Positions 43,200 to 54,944 of a DNA stretch of 64,000 nt are shown piece after piece. The notes beneath the pieces were generated by a model. The model did not search any database, was not told the DNA's origin, and worked only from the letters and a program-made list of their open reading frames with translations. Numbering within the stretch: position 1 is the first letter of the stretch; every line of letters starts with the position of its first letter. Origin of the DNA: Dendrobates tinctorius (taxonomy: Eukaryota); contig NW_027361792.1 in the NCBI RefSeq assembly GCF_039654945.1, positions 620,001-684,000 on the forward strand. Reading direction: 5' to 3'. The position numbers and the translations under genes were made by a program.

Positions 43200-43806
43200 T
43201 GTAGTGCAGCGAGTTTAGTGCAGTGCGACAGATAGGCAGGGACCACAGAAAGTTCAACATAAATGGTGTCTTTATTTTCAAAACTCACACATAGGATTGC
43301 TTTCCTCCGGATCACAGCCAGGTTTCTATAAACACTGTACAGAACCCAAAACCTGTTGCTGTGGACAATGGCACTGCCGTATCTTTTGGGTGCGTCAGCC
43401 GCCTGGAAGTCCCTGGCTCCGTGTTGGCTCCACCCAGACCTGGGTTGTACAGATCCTCCTGCTCTGCAGCTTGCAGACTCCAAACTGACACACCGAAAGA
43501 AAAACTGACAGATTTAAATGGAATCATGGTCATAGAGCTACTTCCAAAACTTGGAGTGGAGAGAGGGAATCGCCCCACTATCAAACCTGCAAATCCCTAT
43601 AAAAATAAAAGCCTTTAACGGGTTTTCCTAAAAATCTGACTGAGTCACTACTTGGACCCAATCCCTTCTTTCTTTTATTTTTTGCCTTGTGACTCACAGG
43701 CATCCTGCTGTGAACATAAGGCGCTCCAGCAGGTTTAATAGGACTCTGTCCGCATCCTAAGTGATACATAGTGACCCTCGCACATGACCCCTCTCACTGC
43801 CTCACA
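43200..43806 (-). repeat. 3' LTR of the Gmr1-like element
   Basis: TGTAGTGCAGCG...CACTGCCTCACA; homologous to 48946-49556; adjacent GAGGGGATA on the minus strand is PPT-like. Confidence 0.88.
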
Positions 43807-43813
43807 TATCCCC

Positions 43814-46230
43814 TCACTGTTTAAACTTGTGGGCTTGAACACTTGTCACCTTACAAGGACCCCGTGACAAGGCATCCGCGTTCCCTTTTGCCTTCCCTGC
43901 CCGATGTTCCATGGTGAAATTGAAATTTTGCAAAGACAAGAACCATCGGGTGACCCAAACATTCCTCTCCTTGGTATTTCTCATCCAGACCAATGAAGAA
44001 TGATCTGTCACCAAGCAAAACGGTCGACCGAGCAAATAATAGCGTAGGGACTCTAAGGCCTACTTAATGGCGAGGCACTCCTTCTCTACTACCCTATAAT
44101 TTTTCTCGGCTGTGGTGAGATTCCTACTTAGGTAGGAGACTGGATGTTCCTCTCCGTTCACCTCCTGCAACAGGATCGCTCCTAAGCCGATGTTAGAGGC
44201 GTCCGTCTGCATGTCAAAATCTCTCTTGAAATTGGGGATAATGAGGACGGACTGTCCGCACAGCGCCATCTTCATAGACAGGTATGCTTCCTCCACTTGA
44301 GGGTTCCACCGCACCATGACCGACTTCTTTCCCTTGAGGAAATCGGTTAGGGGTGTTGTTCTCCCAGAGAAATTAGGTATGAGCCTTCGGTAATACTCAA
44401 TGATGCTGAGGAACGCTCTCACCTGTTTGGTGGTAACAGGTCGGGGCCAGTTCTATATGGCCTCAATTTTATTTATTTGGGGTTTGATAACCCCACGGCC
44501 GATCACATATCCTAAGTACTGGGCTTCCTCAAGCCCTATCGCACATTTCTTGTAATTCGCTGTCAAGCCCGCGGCTCTGAGCGAATCTACCACCGCTTGT
44601 ACCTGGGACAAGTCGGTACTAAAAATGATGATGACATCTACAGTAAGTACACGGATGCATACTTCCGATGGGGTTCTAGCACCACGTCCATCAGCCTCTG
44701 GAACGTGGCTGGGGCCCCATGTAGTCCAAAGGGCAAGACTATATAGTGGTACAGACCCTCCGGTGTTATGAAGGCGGTCTTCTCTTTTGCTGACTCTGTA
44801 AGAGGCACCGGCCAGTAACCCTTGGTCACCAAAACTAAAACTCGATCTCCTGCTTTAAAGGAGCGGACTGTGGCCTTTTTGATATATACACGGCCTTGTG
44901 CTGCCTGAGCATCCACCAAATGCTCGTTTACAATAGGCATGACTGGTGCAATTCAGTCCTGCATGTTGTCCACTTGCTCAATGACACTCTTATGGGGTGT
45001 AGGTTCCTGCTCCCATGTCTCTTTGGCTACATCCAGCAAACCCCTAGGATGCCTGCCATACAGTAGCTCAAAGGGTGAAAATCCCATGGAAGCCTGCAGT
45101 ACCTCCCGAATGGCGAACATCAAGTAGGGCAACGTGTCCCAATCCCTTCCATTCTTGGAGACTACCTTCTTCAACATGGATTTGAGGGTTTTGTTGAAAC
45201 GCTCGACTAGTCCATCGGTCTGAGGGTGGTACACCGACGTGCGCAACTGCTTTACTTTGAGTAGCCTGTACAGTTCCTTCATCAACTTGGACTTGAAAGG
45301 GTCCCCTGATCAGTGAGCATCTTCTTTGTTAGCCCAAGGCGACAGAACATGGCAAACAGCTCCTGGGCGATAAGCTTAGCTGAGGTGCGCCGAAGCAGAA
45401 TGGCCTCTGGGTACTGGGTGGTGTAATTTACGACCACCAATATGTGATGGTGGCCCCGGGCGCATTTTAATATCAGCCCTACCAGATCCATCGCAATCCG
45501 CTCAAAAGGTACCTCTATAATGGGCAGAGACACCAATGGATTCCGGTAGTTTGCGGCGGGTGAGGTTAGTTGGCACGCAGGAAACGTTTCGCAGAACCTC
45601 TGGACCTCCGCACAGACCCCAGGCCGGTTGACCGTTATGCATGGGAACACCGACTCCGCAACCAGTTGCTAAGCCACCCCATTTACATCGATTACTCTTA
45701 GCTGTGCCTGGGTCAGGGTGGGATCCTGTAGCTGGGCTGTCCAAAAAGTTCCCCGGGGCACTTCCAGCTCAGGAATTATCGGGGTCTCCTTGACTTCTCC
45801 TGCCATGACCTCTAGAGGAAACCTATCTGGTTCACACTCTTTCCATATGGGGGTGACCCCTACGGCAGGAATCCCTGTGTTCAGATTTTCGAGCTCTGCA
45901 TCTGGAGCAATATTTTCCCGGGGAGGGTTAATTTTATTTTTCCACAGAGACCAGAAGAGGGGCAAATCCCTTCCCTGGACGGCCCCGTAAGGAAGGGTCT
46001 TCACTACCCTCCCCACATGTTGTCTCCCCGCATGGCGTTACAATGAGACCTCCACTGTCGGGTACTCATGGAGTTCATCATGTATGCACACAACACCCAC
46101 ATTTTTCCCCGTGGGATCTAAGCCCGAGATTATTGTCCCATGCACAAGTGTCACTAGGCTCCCTGAGTCCAGGAGGCCTCATCCTGGTATCCACTGATGC
46201 GCACCTGGTACAGATGCGGTTCCCCCGGCA
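43814..46230 (-). pseudogene. pol pseudogene: protease, integrase, partial RT, RNase H
   Basis: LLDSGSLVTLV (PR, ~46160); PFERIAMDLVG, YPEA, TDQGT, YHPQTDGLVERFN (IN); KGYW...KTAFITPEG...PFGLHGAPATFQRLMD (RT); QTDASNIGLGA, ECLAIK, VTDH, ADALSR (RNase H). Many stops and frameshifts. Confidence 0.93.
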
Positions 46231-47127
46231 GGACAAGCGGATCCGCGGAAAAGACAGCCTGAGCGTACATTGACACAGGCCGGGTAAACCCTCAGTCCAT
46301 GGATTCAGCTGTCAGGGTCAGTTGGCAGCCACATATCCTGGCCCTTGGCACCGCCAACACCTAATGGCTACGGCACAATTGGACCCCGGGAACAGTTTAG
46401 GCGAAGCGGGTCTCTCTCACTTCGGGGTACCCCCTCAGTACGGGCTCGGTCCTGATTGGCCCCAGCAGAGGGTCGTGGCCTTTGCCCTGGCTCCTGGGAT
46501 GGCGGGGCCCGGCGTGATAATAGTAATGGAGCAGAGTCCCGTATAAAGTCCTGAGTGGCCGCATACCGCTCAGTCAGGCTGACCATCTGGTCTATGGTGC
46601 CAAGATCCCCTTGGCCTACCCAACGCTGAATAGCGGCTGGCAGAGTTTTTACTAGCAGATCGACGACCACCCTCTATGCCATCTGGAAAGGGGTTAAGGT
46701 CTCAGGCTGAAGCCATTTCTTTACTAGCTGCAGCAAGTCATATGCCTGAGACCTGGCGAGGTGAGTTTCCCCAAAGGCATAGCTCCCAACCGTCCCGATT
46801 CTCACGGAACAGTCCCGTTTTTGACACCCACATCCGTGTCCCGCCCAGGCCGCTATTTTTCCCGCATTCCACTGAGCCGCCACGCCCCCCCCATGCACCG
46901 ACCCCATCCTCGCCCTCCCAGAGAGCCACCGCAGCCTGTAATGATGTGGCTCGGTTGTTCTGTGGCTGTGCGCACAGGACCTGTAATGAGGTCACAGGAG
47001 GGGAGGAGTCAGGGGTCATGATCAGGGGCCTCCGTGTCTGCAGGACTCTGCTGTGCTGGTTGTCATGGTGTTGGATGGGGTGAAGTTTCTGTGTGGGGTC
47101 AGGAGGGGTTTACAGGGTGGATGTAGC

Positions 47128-47520
47128 AGAGCCGTGTGTTTATGGAGTGGAGTCGTGTGTGTATGGAGCGGAGCCGTATGTGTACGAGGTGTATGGAGCG
47201 GAGCCATATGTGTACGAGGTGTGCGGAGCCGTGCGTGTACGAGGTTTACGGAGCGGAGCCGCGTGTGTATGAGGTGTGCAGAGCCGCACGTGTACGGGGC
47301 ATACGGAGCGGAGCCGAGTGTGTATGGAGCCACGCGTGTATGAGGTGTATGGAGTGGAGCCACGTGTGTATGAGGTGTACAGAGCGGAGCCGCGTGTGTA
47401 CAAGGTGTACGGAGCCACGTGTGTATGAGGTTATTGAGCGGAGCCGCATGTGTACGGGAGGTACGGAGCAGAGCCATGTGTGTACAGGATGTATGGAGCG
47501 GAGCCAAGTGTGTACGAGGC
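47128..47520. repeat. 30-bp minisatellite inside the nested element
   Basis: Unit GTATGGAGCGGAGCCGTGTGTGTACGAGGT, ~13 diverged copies. Confidence 0.9.
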
Positions 47521-47845
47521 ATACAAAGCGGGCTTTTCCCACGGACACAGGAGTACACGGCGGAGCCCCGAGGAGCACTTTAAAACTCGCACATGACGGT
47601 CCACCAGAAGTGATGTGCTGGAAGCTGACCGGAAATGAGGTAATTTCATGAGGAGATTGTGAAGGAACCATGGAGGGACTTCAGGGAATGCTTCAGATCC
47701 ATTACCGTGTCCTCCGACAGTGGGATCACCTTGGAATCAGGGATGCAGGCCATGTGAGCAGATTATGATATGTCCTGCATCGGGAGGCTCAGGTGGGCAT
47801 TACAATGGGAGCTGGGCTGCTATAGTATCTTTATAGAATCTTTAT

Positions 47846-48240
47846 TTCTCTCTCTCTGTTTCTTTCTCATTCTCTGTTCTGTCTTTCCCTCTCTTTTTCT
47901 TTCTCTCTCTAATCTTTCTTTCCCCTCCTCCTTTCTTTCTTTTTCTTTCCTCTCTTTCTCTCTGTTCTTTTTCTTTCTTTACTTCTTTCTGTCTCTCTCT
48001 GTTCTTTCTTTCTTTCCCCACTTTCTTTCTCTTTATCTCTGTTCTTTCTTTCCCCTCTTTATTTCTCTCTCTGTTCTTTCTTTCGCTCTCTGTTCTTTCT
48101 TTCCTCTCTCTCTTTGTCTCTCTCTCTGTTCTTTCTTTCCCCTCTTTCTTTCTCTCTCTGTTCTTTCTTTCACTCTCGCTCTCCTTTCATTCTTTCTCTC
48201 TGTTTTCTTTTTTCTCTCTGTTTTCTTTCTTTCTTTTCCT
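47846..48240. repeat. CT-rich low-complexity tract
   Basis: Nearly pure pyrimidine strand with a TCTCTGTTCTTTCTTT submotif. Confidence 0.92.
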
Positions 48241-48924
48241 CAGTACCAGTCAGTGTGCCCATAATGCCAGCCACTGTGCCCTCAGTACCAGTTAGTGTGA
48301 TCAGCAGTGCTAAATGGGTGTGGTTGGGCGTGGGCCTGGGTGTGACTAGTTGTGAAATGGGTGTGGTCAGGGGCATGGCCTAAAATTTGCAGCGGCGCGC
48401 TGGGCGCGTCCCTGCCTTTGTCCCTCTTTCCCTTCTTCAAAAGTTGGGAGGTATGCTAAAGGACCACTGGAATACCTGTTGGGCTCATATATACGTGTTA
48501 ACCACCAGTCAGGCAAAGGAGCTCGCCTTTCACTTTCTCATAGTCCAGGGCATTGCCCCCACTGAGGTCAAAGTAGGGCTTCTAGGCATCTCCCGTCAGG
48601 AAGGGGGCCACCACTTCAGCCCACTGGGAAAGCGGCAAGCTTCCTGCTCTGCTGTGCACTCAAACACCAGCACGGTCCGGACTTTGTACCAGGCCTCAGA
48701 ACAGATCATAGTCGCTGATGAGGGTGCCTCTCGCAGGGCCGCAATTTGTTGCAGGATCAATTTGATGGTCTGCTGCTGCTGGTACAACTCCTGCTGCTGC
48801 GACTGACTAAGGACCAACTGCTTCTGCTTCAACATCTCCTCCATTTTGTCGACATGCTTGGGCTGCAGCGTTGCAGGCCTAGTAACCAACATGCAGCTGG
48901 CTTTTGGTATGCCTCAGTTCACAC

Positions 48925-48943
48925 TGCCCGAATTCTCCAACCA
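48925..48943 (-). promoter_or_regulatory. Primer-binding site, tRNA-Ala-like
   Basis: Minus strand TGGTTGGAGAATTCGGGCA just inside the 5' LTR; near-complementary to the vertebrate tRNA-Ala(AGC) 3' end ...TGCCCGCATTCTCCACCA. Confidence 0.72.
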
Positions 48944-48945
48944 TA

Positions 48946-49556
48946 AGTAGTGCAGCGGGGTTCGTGCAGTGCGACAGTTAGGCAGGGACCACAGAAAGTT
49001 CAACATAGTGTCTTTATTTTCAGAACTCACACATGGAAGTGATGTCCTCTGGATCACAGCCGAGTTTTCATAAACACAGTCCAGAACTCAAGAGTCGTTG
49101 CCATAGACAATGGCACCGCCTTGTCTTTTGGGTGCGTCAGCCACCTTGAGTTCCCTGTCTCTGAATTAGCTCCACACAGACCTGGGTTGCACAGAGCCTC
49201 CTGCTCTGCAGCTTGCAAACTCCAAACTGACATACCCAAGGTAAAACTGACAGATTGAAATGGAATCGTGGCCATAGAGCCACTTCCAAAACCCGGAGTA
49301 GAGAGAGGGATTCACCCCACTACCAAACCTGCAAATCCCTCTAAAAATAAAAGCCCTCAAAAGGTTTTCCTAAAAATCTGACTGAGTCACTACTTGGACC
49401 CAATCCTTCTTTCTTTTACTTTCCCTTGGGATTCACAGGCATTTTGCTGTGAACATAAGGCGCTCCAGTGGGTTTAATAGGACTCCGTCCACATATCGAC
49501 CCGTGCATAAAGTGGTGCATAGGCTGGTGAACATGGCAGACAATCACTGCCATACA
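48946..49556 (-). repeat. 5' LTR of the Gmr1-like element
   Basis: AGTAGTGCAGCG...CACTGCCATACA, colinear with 43200-43806. Confidence 0.88.
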
Positions 49557-51897
49557 TCTAAACATAAACATAGTAGCCAAAAACTGGCTGTTAGTTTAAG
49601 GGAATGACTGTATGGTGCTAGCACTGTGCAATTACTACTCTCCTTTGCACCAGCATTAATGGGACGTTGAACCTGCTTGACTTCAAGTTTTCATGAATTA
49701 TTGGAATGTCTTGATTTTGTATGGGAGCTTTCATAATGAAATGAAAAATAAATGCAAATGGAGGCTTCACCTTTAAATGATCACTGGTTTGGCACGCTAA
49801 ACCTCATGGATGGCTGGTCCAGGCATTAGGGTAGATGCTTTTGGCTAGTAGGAGCCCACAGTCATCTGCAACTTTAAGTGATACATGAGACAGTCAATGA
49901 GCTAACCAAACTCTGGGGTATTATCACTATGATGGTTTGGAACAGACCAAGGGACCTTGACCATTATTGCCCAGACCAACTACAGTGCTCCCCTGGCCTG
50001 ATGAAATTTCAGGTCCATGTTATAAGTATTTTGGCTTTAGGAGATTACAGTGTGTGAAGTTCTATGGTGTTACTGATAGATAAAACATTGCTCATCCTTT
50101 ACATGTATACGGCCTGTGCCTGTGGCGGCAAACATAACACATGGACATCTATAAAAGCTCTTCCTTTCTGATGTTAGAGGTGATAAAGGTCATGTATTGC
50201 AATGATATGTGAAGGCATATTCATAGGATATATCCCCTGCCCCATCACATCTATAGTGGAGTACTGGACCTCCAATCTCCAATGTAAACTGCCCCTGAAT
50301 ATCTGATTGTCTGGTACTATGCAGGATCTACAGAAGTGAGGTTTACCTTGAAGGATTTCTTCTTTTTATAGCCAGGATCTGGAGGAAGGATTGGTTGGCC
50401 ACAATCAGACAGGACACATTTCCTGTGACGTCCCCATAAGATTTATGCAGTGAAGTGTTACGCATATATGACCGACTCCCTAAACTTCAAATCAGGAACT
50501 TGTATTGAGAAAGAAAGAAAAAAACTTCATTGTCAGTGGTAGTGTATGATCTCCGCTGGTCACACTCTTACGGGGGGTCAGCACCATTGCACTTCTCCTT
50601 TGTCCACCGTGTGGCTCTCAGGGTTGTCGAGAGTCAATTTAAAGGGCAATTGAGTGTGGAGGAAGGTCCTGGCCCCCAGATCGGTGGATGGTGCCGTCTA
50701 GCAGGATGGATGCGTATACCCTAATCGCGGTGAGTTGGCTATTCCTTCTAGACATCTTGGTGGCCCGCTCTCGGGCTTGGTTCTCAAGAAGATACCGGAA
50801 CGAGATGAAGGATGTAACATGGAAGCCCCCAAAACAGATAATGGTTGGCTTTTATGGTCTTAGTCAGTAGACCTGAGGGGCTTCCAGACCATTGCTAAAC
50901 TAATTGTCCTGGTCTTAATCATCTAAAATGATTATTTTGGGGGGACTTTATAAGTATAAAAGTTGATTTTTCTTAATTTTTGGCATATTCTGTTACAATG
51001 GATACTCTACTAGTACTAATTATAAAGTCAGAAAACTTTAGGAAGATGTAATAATAATGAGGAAGCGATGAGATCTATTAAGCTGGTAACAAAATACTTT
51101 GCTAAAACTGTTCTTTTAGGTAAAATATCAAAACTATCAGTAGTGAATGATCAGAGTAATATCCCCCTTTGTTCCACTGGTCTAAAAATGTATAAATTAT
51201 GGTATCATGACCGAAATGTTTTATATAAGGTCAATGGATGGAGGAAATGATAAAGCGAATGAGAATATGCTCATCACTTCGGTGGTGGGATTTATAGGGG
51301 ACTCGTAGATTGATAATCTGAGGACACATGGGGAATATATAATAGCGCAAGATATGTACAAAAATAATGAAGATTCAATCAAGGAATGAAATTCTGCTCA
51401 CAGAAGCAAATATCTAGAGATACAAAGTGTCCTAGAAAGTGTCAGAAATGTATCGATTTCACCAATCTAAACCTATAAAACTCTGATGATCCCAAGAGTG
51501 GACAGTAACAAAAAAGTGCAACAATTGTAGAAATGAAAATAATAAACAAATAGAAGCTGTAGAACAGAGAATGGGGTCCCTGAACGTATCAGAAATCCCT
51601 CTAACAGTTCTCTAAAAATGTAATATAGATATTTTAGTTAAAATCTCACAAAATGATGGATAAGCTCCTCGCCTGCAGAGGATAAGTGGTGAGGGATCAG
51701 GGTAGTGTATTCACCGTCCATGCAGGATCCATAGACCCCTCTGCCCGAAAACACAGGATATAAAAGGCACATGGTGGATGAGGGGACGCGTCTGCCTCCA
51801 AGAACAAGGGCTAGGACTTTTTTGAACTTTAAGGAATTTTTTTGTCTTTATGTTTTAGCAAGATTATCTATCTATCTATTATCTATCTCTCTATTAT

Positions 51898-52198
51898 CAC
51901 TGGTCTACAAAAAAAAAAAAAAAAAAATTTCTGACATGGACTTTAAGAACAGTTTTAGACTAACTTGAGGGTGCTGAATTCAAATCTGATCTTATGATTT
52001 CTCTCTCACATCACGTTTTTGCGCTATAGGTATATAGCCCATTTTCATGAATTCCATGAAAAATATAAGTAGTGTATGAAAAGCGCCGGTTTATACAGTT
52101 CACTAAGGCATCTGGCGACAAGAATGGCATCCATGATCCTCTAGTGGATAGGAAGAACATTGTCTTTCCTCCCTTGCACATAAAACTTGGATTGATGA

Positions 52199-52247
<49 letters not shown>

Positions 52248-52992
52248 CAACTTTTCCTGGTCTTAGCGAAGAGAAGAAAAAGGCTGGAATTTTTGATGGA
52301 CCTCAAATAAGAACGCTTATGAGAGACCCAAATGTTATCACATCAATGAACGAGACAGAAGAAAGAGCTTGGAATGCAATTTGGAATGTGGTGCAGACAA
52401 CTATGAAGAGATTGTGGAAGAGCTACTAATGAGTCTGCGACATCTTGGATGTAGAATGAGTATCAAGATTCACTATTTACACAGCCATTTGGACTTTTTT
52501 CCAGAGAACCTTGGGGATGTGAGCGAGGAACAAGGGAAGCGTTTTCATCAGGACATTAAAACAATGGAAGAACGGTATCAAGGCTGGTGGGACTCTCATA
52601 TGATGGCTGACTAGTGCTGGAGGTTGATGAAAGACAACCCAGAAGCTGGACATCTCAGATCAGCCAAGAAAAGAACGTTCACATAACTGCCATTTGCCAT
52701 TCATCTGTGTGCCGTATAGATTTGTGTTTGTATATTTTGTAGTTTAATTCTGTAAGTATATTTGATTTGCTGTACATAGACTTTGTAATCTTTGTTATTC
52801 CTGGATTAAAAATATACAAAATGTAGTACCGAAAATCATGTGTTTTTATCATTAAAAAAAATTTCGATAGGAGTAATTTTCATCAAAAATTGAAAATATC
52901 TCGAAATCCTGATGTGATAGCCAAAAACAGAGTTCATATTCGTAATCAGCAGCCAAAATTGACTTAAAATATGGTTTAAAACCTTTTGCCAG
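51898..52992 (+). mobile_element. Internally deleted Chapaev3-like (CMC superfamily) DNA transposon with a C-terminal transposase remnant; right end lost in the gap
   Basis: Starts CACTGGTCTAC; subterminal GCTGAATTCAAATCTGA, with TTCATATTCGTAATCAGC near the right end. Peptides PPLHIKLGLMK, GIFDGPQIR and KIHYLHSHLDFFPENLGDVSEEQGKRFHQDI. Family assignment is from recalled motifs. Confidence 0.8.
52201..52242. repeat. (AT)n microsatellite inside the transposase remnant
   Basis: Perfect AT run directly after the ...LGLMK codons. Confidence 0.97.
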
Positions 52993-53139
52993 NNNNNNNN
53001 NNNNNNNNNNNNNNNNNNNNNNNNNNNNNNNNNNNNNNNNNNNNNNNNNNNNNNNNNNNNNNNNNNNNNNNNNNNNNNNNNNNNNNNNNNNNNNNNNNNN
53101 NNNNNNNNNNNNNNNNNNNNNNNNNNNNNNNNNNNNNNN
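52993..53139. other. Assembly gap (147 N)
   Basis: Run of N. Confidence 1.
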
Positions 53140-53172
53140 CTATCCATCTATCCATCCAATTATCTATCTATC

Positions 53173-53365
53173 GGCTTGATAAAGGCTCTGCATGAGCCAA
53201 AACGTCGCCACCCATGTGGGTCTGAAATAAAACCACATTTTTTCTCTTTGAACAGGAGAGCTGCCTTCAGTTTTTCATATGTGAATTTTGGCTTTTGGGA
53301 TAATTGCTTGGGAGGCCTGTGCACCTGAAGATTTTGGATTGTGCTTTTCCATTTTCTCTTGTTAT
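53173..53365 (+). mobile_element. Penelope-like pseudo-LTR fragment with a degenerate minimal hammerhead motif
   Basis: CTTGATAAA-GGCTC-tgcat-GAGCC-AAAACGTC followed by AATAAA, the layout seen at the ends of Penelope-like elements. Confidence 0.5.
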
Positions 53366-53377
53366 ATTATCTATCTA

Positions 53378-53637
53378 TAATAATAAAAATAATAATAATC
53401 TTTATTTTTATATAGCGCTAACATATTCCGCAGCGCTTTATCATCACTGTTCCCAATGGGAATCACAATCTAAATTCCCTATCAGTATGTCTTTGGAATG
53501 TGGGAGGAAACCGGAGAACACCCACGCAAACACGGGGAGAACATACAAACTCCTGGCAGATGTCCTTGGTGGGATTCGAACCCAGGACTCCAGTGCTGCA
53601 AGGCTGCAGTGCTAACCACTGAGCCACCGTGCTGTCC
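53378..53637 (-). mobile_element. tRNA-derived V-SINE
   Basis: Minus strand: A box TGGCTCAGTGG, B box GGTTCGAATCC, V core GAGTTTGTATGTTCTCCCCGTGTTTGCGTGGGT...CCGGTTTCCTCCCACATTCCAAAGACAT, L2-type tail AAAGCGCTGCGGAATATGTTAGCGCTATATAA plus (ATT)n. Confidence 0.92.
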
Positions 53638-54052
53638 TCTATCTATTATTTATTATCTATCTATGTATCTATCCATTATCTATCTATTATCTATCTATCA
53701 TCTATTATCTATTTATTATCTATCTGTTATCTACAGTATAATCTATGTATTATCTATCTATAATCTATCTATTAGATAGGAAATAAAAAGGGAAACAGCA
53801 CAAAAATATAAAAAAAATGTGAACTTTAACGCCCAATGGTGTGGCGACTTTTCAGACATAAAATCCTTTCTCAAGCCATTCTATCTATTATCTACAGCAT
53901 AGATTATCTATTATCTATCTATCTATTCTACAGTATCTATTTTCTATCTATTATCTACAGCATAGATTATCTATTATCTATCTATCTATCTATCTATTCT
54001 ACAGTATCTATTTTCTATCTATTATCTACAGTATAGATTATCTATCTATCTA
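53638..54052. repeat. Degenerate (TATC)n microsatellite region
   Basis: Interrupted TATC runs; related runs at 51865-51897 and 53140-53172. Confidence 0.85.
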
Positions 54053-54581
54053 ATCCAGCTGAATATTATCGGACACATTCCTATATTGTATTAGAAGTTA
54101 TTTTATTTTGTGACGCATATTAAATAAATTGTCCAGTACTAAACAAATGTGACACTTCTCTTACATAACAGCGCCCCCCCCGCTTGCAGGTTGTGTTTGA
54201 CATTGCAGCTACACTGAGGGCAATGACTGATCTGTAATACCACACACAGCCTGTAGACAGGGGTGGCACTGCTTTTGAAAGAAATATGTAATCTTTTTAC
54301 ACTCCTGGATAATTCTTGTAAAGATTTTCCTCAGGGCTGCCACCTGTAGTTATGGGGTCGTCAGTACGGTCACTACAAGGAATCCCGATGACAGCACAGA
54401 GCCCGGCCGGTCATATCTGCAGATGGCCGACATAATTATCTGCCGCATCCTGGCATCGAGTGTTAATAAGTGATATTAATCTGGTGTAATACGGGCACAT
54501 GTAATAAATCATGTCCGGCCCTCGAGGTGTCTGTGTGTCAGGATGACAAGTCACTAAGTCACATCATCCTCAACATCCTTA

Positions 54582-54888
54582 GGGTGTGTGCACACATTGC
54601 AGATTCCGCTGCAGATCCGCAAGCAATGTACAGTACAATGTTAGCCAATGGGATTTCCAAACCGCAGTGCACATGCGTTTTTTTCCACGCGGATTTGCTG
54701 CAGCTTTAAATCCGCAGCATATCCATTCTTTCTGCGGATTCCGCAGCGGTTTGACACCTGTTCCATTGTCCAGGTGTCAAACCGCAGGGGAAAACCGCTG
54801 GTAAATCCACAGGAAAACCGCAGGTCACTTTACCTGCAAATCCGCACGGAAACATCCGCAGCTCAATCCGCACTGTGTGCACTCACCC
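54582..54888. mobile_element. PIF/Harbinger-type MITE
   Basis: TIRs GGGTGTGTGCACACATTGC / GCACTGTGTGCACTCACCC; TTA on both flanks (54579-54581 and 54889-54891); internal TCCGCA/TGCGGA motifs. Confidence 0.9.
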
Positions 54889-54944
54889 TTAATGTGAATG
54901 TAAAGCAATGATGCCCGGGTCATTATCATCCAATATATAGGAGA

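Larger units (their letters stand above)
46778..48455. mobile_element. Non-autonomous TIR DNA transposon (hAT-like) nested in gag
   Basis: TIRs CATAGCTCCCAAC / GTTGGGAGGTATG; flanks CCAAAGG and CTAAAGG (7 bp, one mismatch); removing it restores gag continuity. Confidence 0.85.
46318..48844 (-). pseudogene. gag pseudogene with SCAN-like capsid domain and decayed CCHC knuckle, split by an insertion
   Basis: Gln-rich N-terminus MEEMLKQ...; AQQVFQWSF|GETHLARSQAYDLLQLVKKWLQPE reads through across the insertion; LPAAIQRWVGQGD; CWRCQGPGYVAAN*. Confidence 0.85.
43200..49556 (-). mobile_element. Decayed Gmr1-like Ty3/gypsy LTR retrotransposon (SCAN-gag, PR-IN-RT-RH)
   Basis: Two related ~610-bp LTRs, a PBS, a purine tract next to the 3' LTR, and minus-strand domains in the order gag, PR, IN, RT, RNase H. 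Confidence 0.92.

Noticed and set aside
47022-48264. ORFs of 140-178 aa, including a membrane-protein-like Phe/Leu/Ser ORF
   Set aside because: They arise from the 30-bp repeat and CT tract inside a non-autonomous transposon.
51483-51510. Second CTGATGA hammerhead candidate
   Set aside because: Weak stem and no GAAA box.
50690-51700. Possible DIRS and L1 ORF2 relics
   Set aside because: Only faint motif resemblance and A-rich strand bias; too degraded to support without a search.
52836-53195. ORFs spanning the N run
   Set aside because: Artefacts of the assembly gap.
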